A stretch of DNA of 64,000 nt from an uncultured cyanobacterium. GTDB taxonomy: Bacteria > Cyanobacteriota > Cyanobacteriia > Pseudanabaenales > Pseudanabaenaceae. The notes below the pieces were generated by a model. The model was given only the letters and a program-made list of their open reading frames with translations, had not been told where the DNA came from and searched no databases. The stretch spans positions 224,001 to 288,000 of the forward strand of contig OY969811.1 of NCBI GenBank assembly GCA_963703315.1. Direction: 5' to 3'. Shown piece by piece: positions 62,163 through 64,000 of the stretch (within the stretch, counting starts at the first letter, position 1; each line of letters opens with the position of its first letter). The position numbers were made by a program, and so were the translations under genes.

Positions 62163-62849
62163 GCAATCATTGCTTCTTTGAGCAATTTTGGAGCCATGCT
62201 CTTAATATCATACTGCGATCGCTAGTCTATGCCATGTTGAAGTGACAGTTAGGATCAGGGGGGCGAGATCGCTGATCTAGAAAGTATAGTTTTGTTTACG
62301 CTTGGGTATAAAACATGAATTTAAGTGGATTGGGAGATCGCCTTCGTGTTATATCAAGGCGGTCATAGCTGTAAGGGTAATTAGAGTTCGCAGTATATAA
62401 AACTGAAATATTAAGCCTATTGAAGGTTCCCTGCGAGAAACAACCGTTGTATTTTCGTGTGATCTTTGTGGCGCATTATTAATTCAGACATGACTGAATG
62501 CAGATAACAGCAATGATTTACCCACAAAACCAACGCGATTTCGTGTTGGTTTTGTGGCAGTATTACAAAAAAGTGTGGTAGTATTACTACATTAGTAAAA
62601 AAGCAAGCAGATTTTTACATCTACCTGCCTTTATCGGTTTTCTATACCAGAATAATATTTACACTCTTAATGTAAATATTATTGCAATTGATAAAAGAAA
62701 ACCATCATGTCCATCTATATGTCCAATTAGAACAGCTAGAAGTGTCAAAAGCAAAACCAAACTTCTCTCATTCATAAGAGCTAATCTCCTTTATATATTA
62801 GCCCCATCTTTTGTATTCTCAGGGGCTGTTTGAGAATTGCAAAACAAAC

Positions 62850-62883
62850 CGACTGAAGCCGAGAACTTCTTTCGGTCTTTTTT
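62850..62883 (+). terminator. Putative intrinsic terminator
   Basis: ACCGActGAAG-loop-CTTCttTCGGT followed by a T6 run. Confidence 0.45.
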
Positions 62884-62904
62884 GCTGTAAGTATCTTAGC
62901 ATAT

Positions 62905-63450
62905 GTGAGCCATCTAAAGATGGCATGGATATTTAGTTTGTCAGCAGAATGCGGTTCTGAAGATCAAAATGCAAACGAACTTGCTCAATGTTTTGATGGA
63001 CTAGTATTGACATTTGCCAATCATCAACAATGTAAATGCCGCGCCGAAACCTTTCAAGATATGGAAGAAAATTGGTGGTGTAGAGTTTTGCCGAGCAATA
63101 TTAGTGAAATTGGCATCGATAGCCCCGAAAGTGCATATTCCATGACAGAGCTAGGGATTTTAATGTATCAATCTCTAAAATTTGCTCCAACCTTTCGCTA
63201 TGCCCTAGTCGGCGTTGAAGTCGATGAATTCCGAACCTATAGCGAACTCATTGAAGACTTACCTAATTTAGCTATCTCTGGATTAGTCTTAGCGAAATCA
63301 ATCCCACAAGAGTTAGGGATATTGCCATCTTTTCAACCCTTTAGCCTTAATTACGTTTGGCAACCCTACGCAGGCGAAATCTATAATCCCTTAAGAACAT
63401 CCCCAGATCTAAAAAATAAGCTCAATGAACTTTTGGCAGTAGCTAAATGA
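62905..63450 (+). CDS. Conserved hypothetical protein
   Basis: MAWIFSLSAECG, FRYALVGVEVDEFR; real start probably ATG 62920. Confidence 0.7.
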   Translation: MSHLKMAWIFSLSAECGSEDQNANELAQCFDGLVLTFANHQQCKCRAETFQDMEENWWCRVLPSNISEIGIDSPESAYSMTELGILMYQSLKFAPTFRYALVGVEVDEFRTYSELIEDLPNLAISGLVLAKSIPQELGILPSFQPFSLNYVWQPYAGEIYNPLRTSPDLKNKLNELLAVAK

Positions 63451-63486
63451 ATCTATTTTGTGCGATCGCGATTTCATAGAGATCTT

Positions 63487-64000
63487 CTACTCTTCAGAAA
63501 TACCAAGCGATCGCAACTTTGCCAATAAAAATTCCACCTGTTTCTGTGCCGCATCAGCCCGTTGTCTTTCGATATTAGCCATTTGACGCTCTATCTCAGC
63601 CTGTTCCTCAGGGGTAACATAGCGATCGCCTTTTTGATCAAACCAGCTTAAAACTTCACGCCCGAAGCGATCGCTTGGCAAGACACAACGTCCAATCCCT
63701 AAGCCTATCTCTGGCATCCATAGAGGCTCACCAATCTGTAATTGGTAATCGTCATCAACTAATTTATAAACCTCAAAGGGCAAATGTCCATCGCGCCGCC
63801 AGAATTGAGGATTGTAAATTACATAATATTTGATACCTAATTTGCGATAAATCTCTAATTTCTTTTCATACTCATCACCATAGGTATGGGATACAACTTC
63901 TAAGGTCAAAATCGGTGAGATAAATTCTTCTTCCCACATCACATAGCTGCTACGTGATCCACCATTTTTGCGCCGTTCCACTCCCAAGCTCAAAAATCCA
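63487..64000 (-). CDS. Uma2-family endonuclease, 5' end beyond the window
   Basis: FLSLGV, RSSYVMWEE, LEVVS, YYVIYNP, coiled-coil tail. Confidence 0.88.
   Translation of the reverse strand, partial: GFLSLGVERRKNGGSRSSYVMWEEEFISPILTLEVVSHTYGDEYEKKLEIYRKLGIKYYVIYNPQFWRRDGHLPFEVYKLVDDDYQLQIGEPLWMPEIGLGIGRCVLPSDRFGREVLSWFDQKGDRYVTPEEQAEIERQMANIERQRADAAQKQVEFLLAKLRSLGISEE

Noticed and set aside
62578..62590. NtcA site GTAGTATTACTAC
   Set aside because: Spacing is GTA-N7-TAC rather than N8, and no target gene is evident

Overview
Cyanobacterial chromosomal segment. Evidence: very dense HIP1 octamers (GCGATCGC) plus psbZ, ycf39, crhR and cruP. The repeat style and gene content suggest a Pseudanabaena-like filamentous strain, which is inference only. 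Most of the window is housekeeping: rne, ribH, sigG/anti-sigma/HtrA, pgi, hpf, queF, ilvN, rsmH, tyrA, rpmB, sbcC, pip, rpsT, crhR, thiC with a TPP riboswitch, and cobU. Two accessory zones stand out. The first (about 23.6-30.9 kb) holds a frameshifted LRR-COR gene lacking its Roc GTPase, shuffled toxin-antitoxin cassettes (duplicated DUF433, an exact 223-bp HigBA tandem duplication that makes a chimeric ORF, a truncated YafQ-like toxin), an IS1-family element with an 8-bp target duplication, and an internally deleted IS5. The second (about 56.7-64 kb) holds Uma2 nucleases and a RelE-like plus sensor-less Shedu cassette flanked by a degenerate 31-bp direct repeat. Across the core genes, most intergenic spacers carry a palindrome with a conserved GC-NNA-GC apex and locus-specific arms, which in several cases are inverted copies of the neighbouring gene's last codons; some sit inside TATAGC...GCTATA miniature elements. 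Other notable points: a PP2C-WD40 fusion that keeps an AAA_35-type linker, a probable CTG-initiated histidine phosphatase, and two small membrane ORFs missing from the ORF track. All family assignments come from motif recognition, not from database searches.
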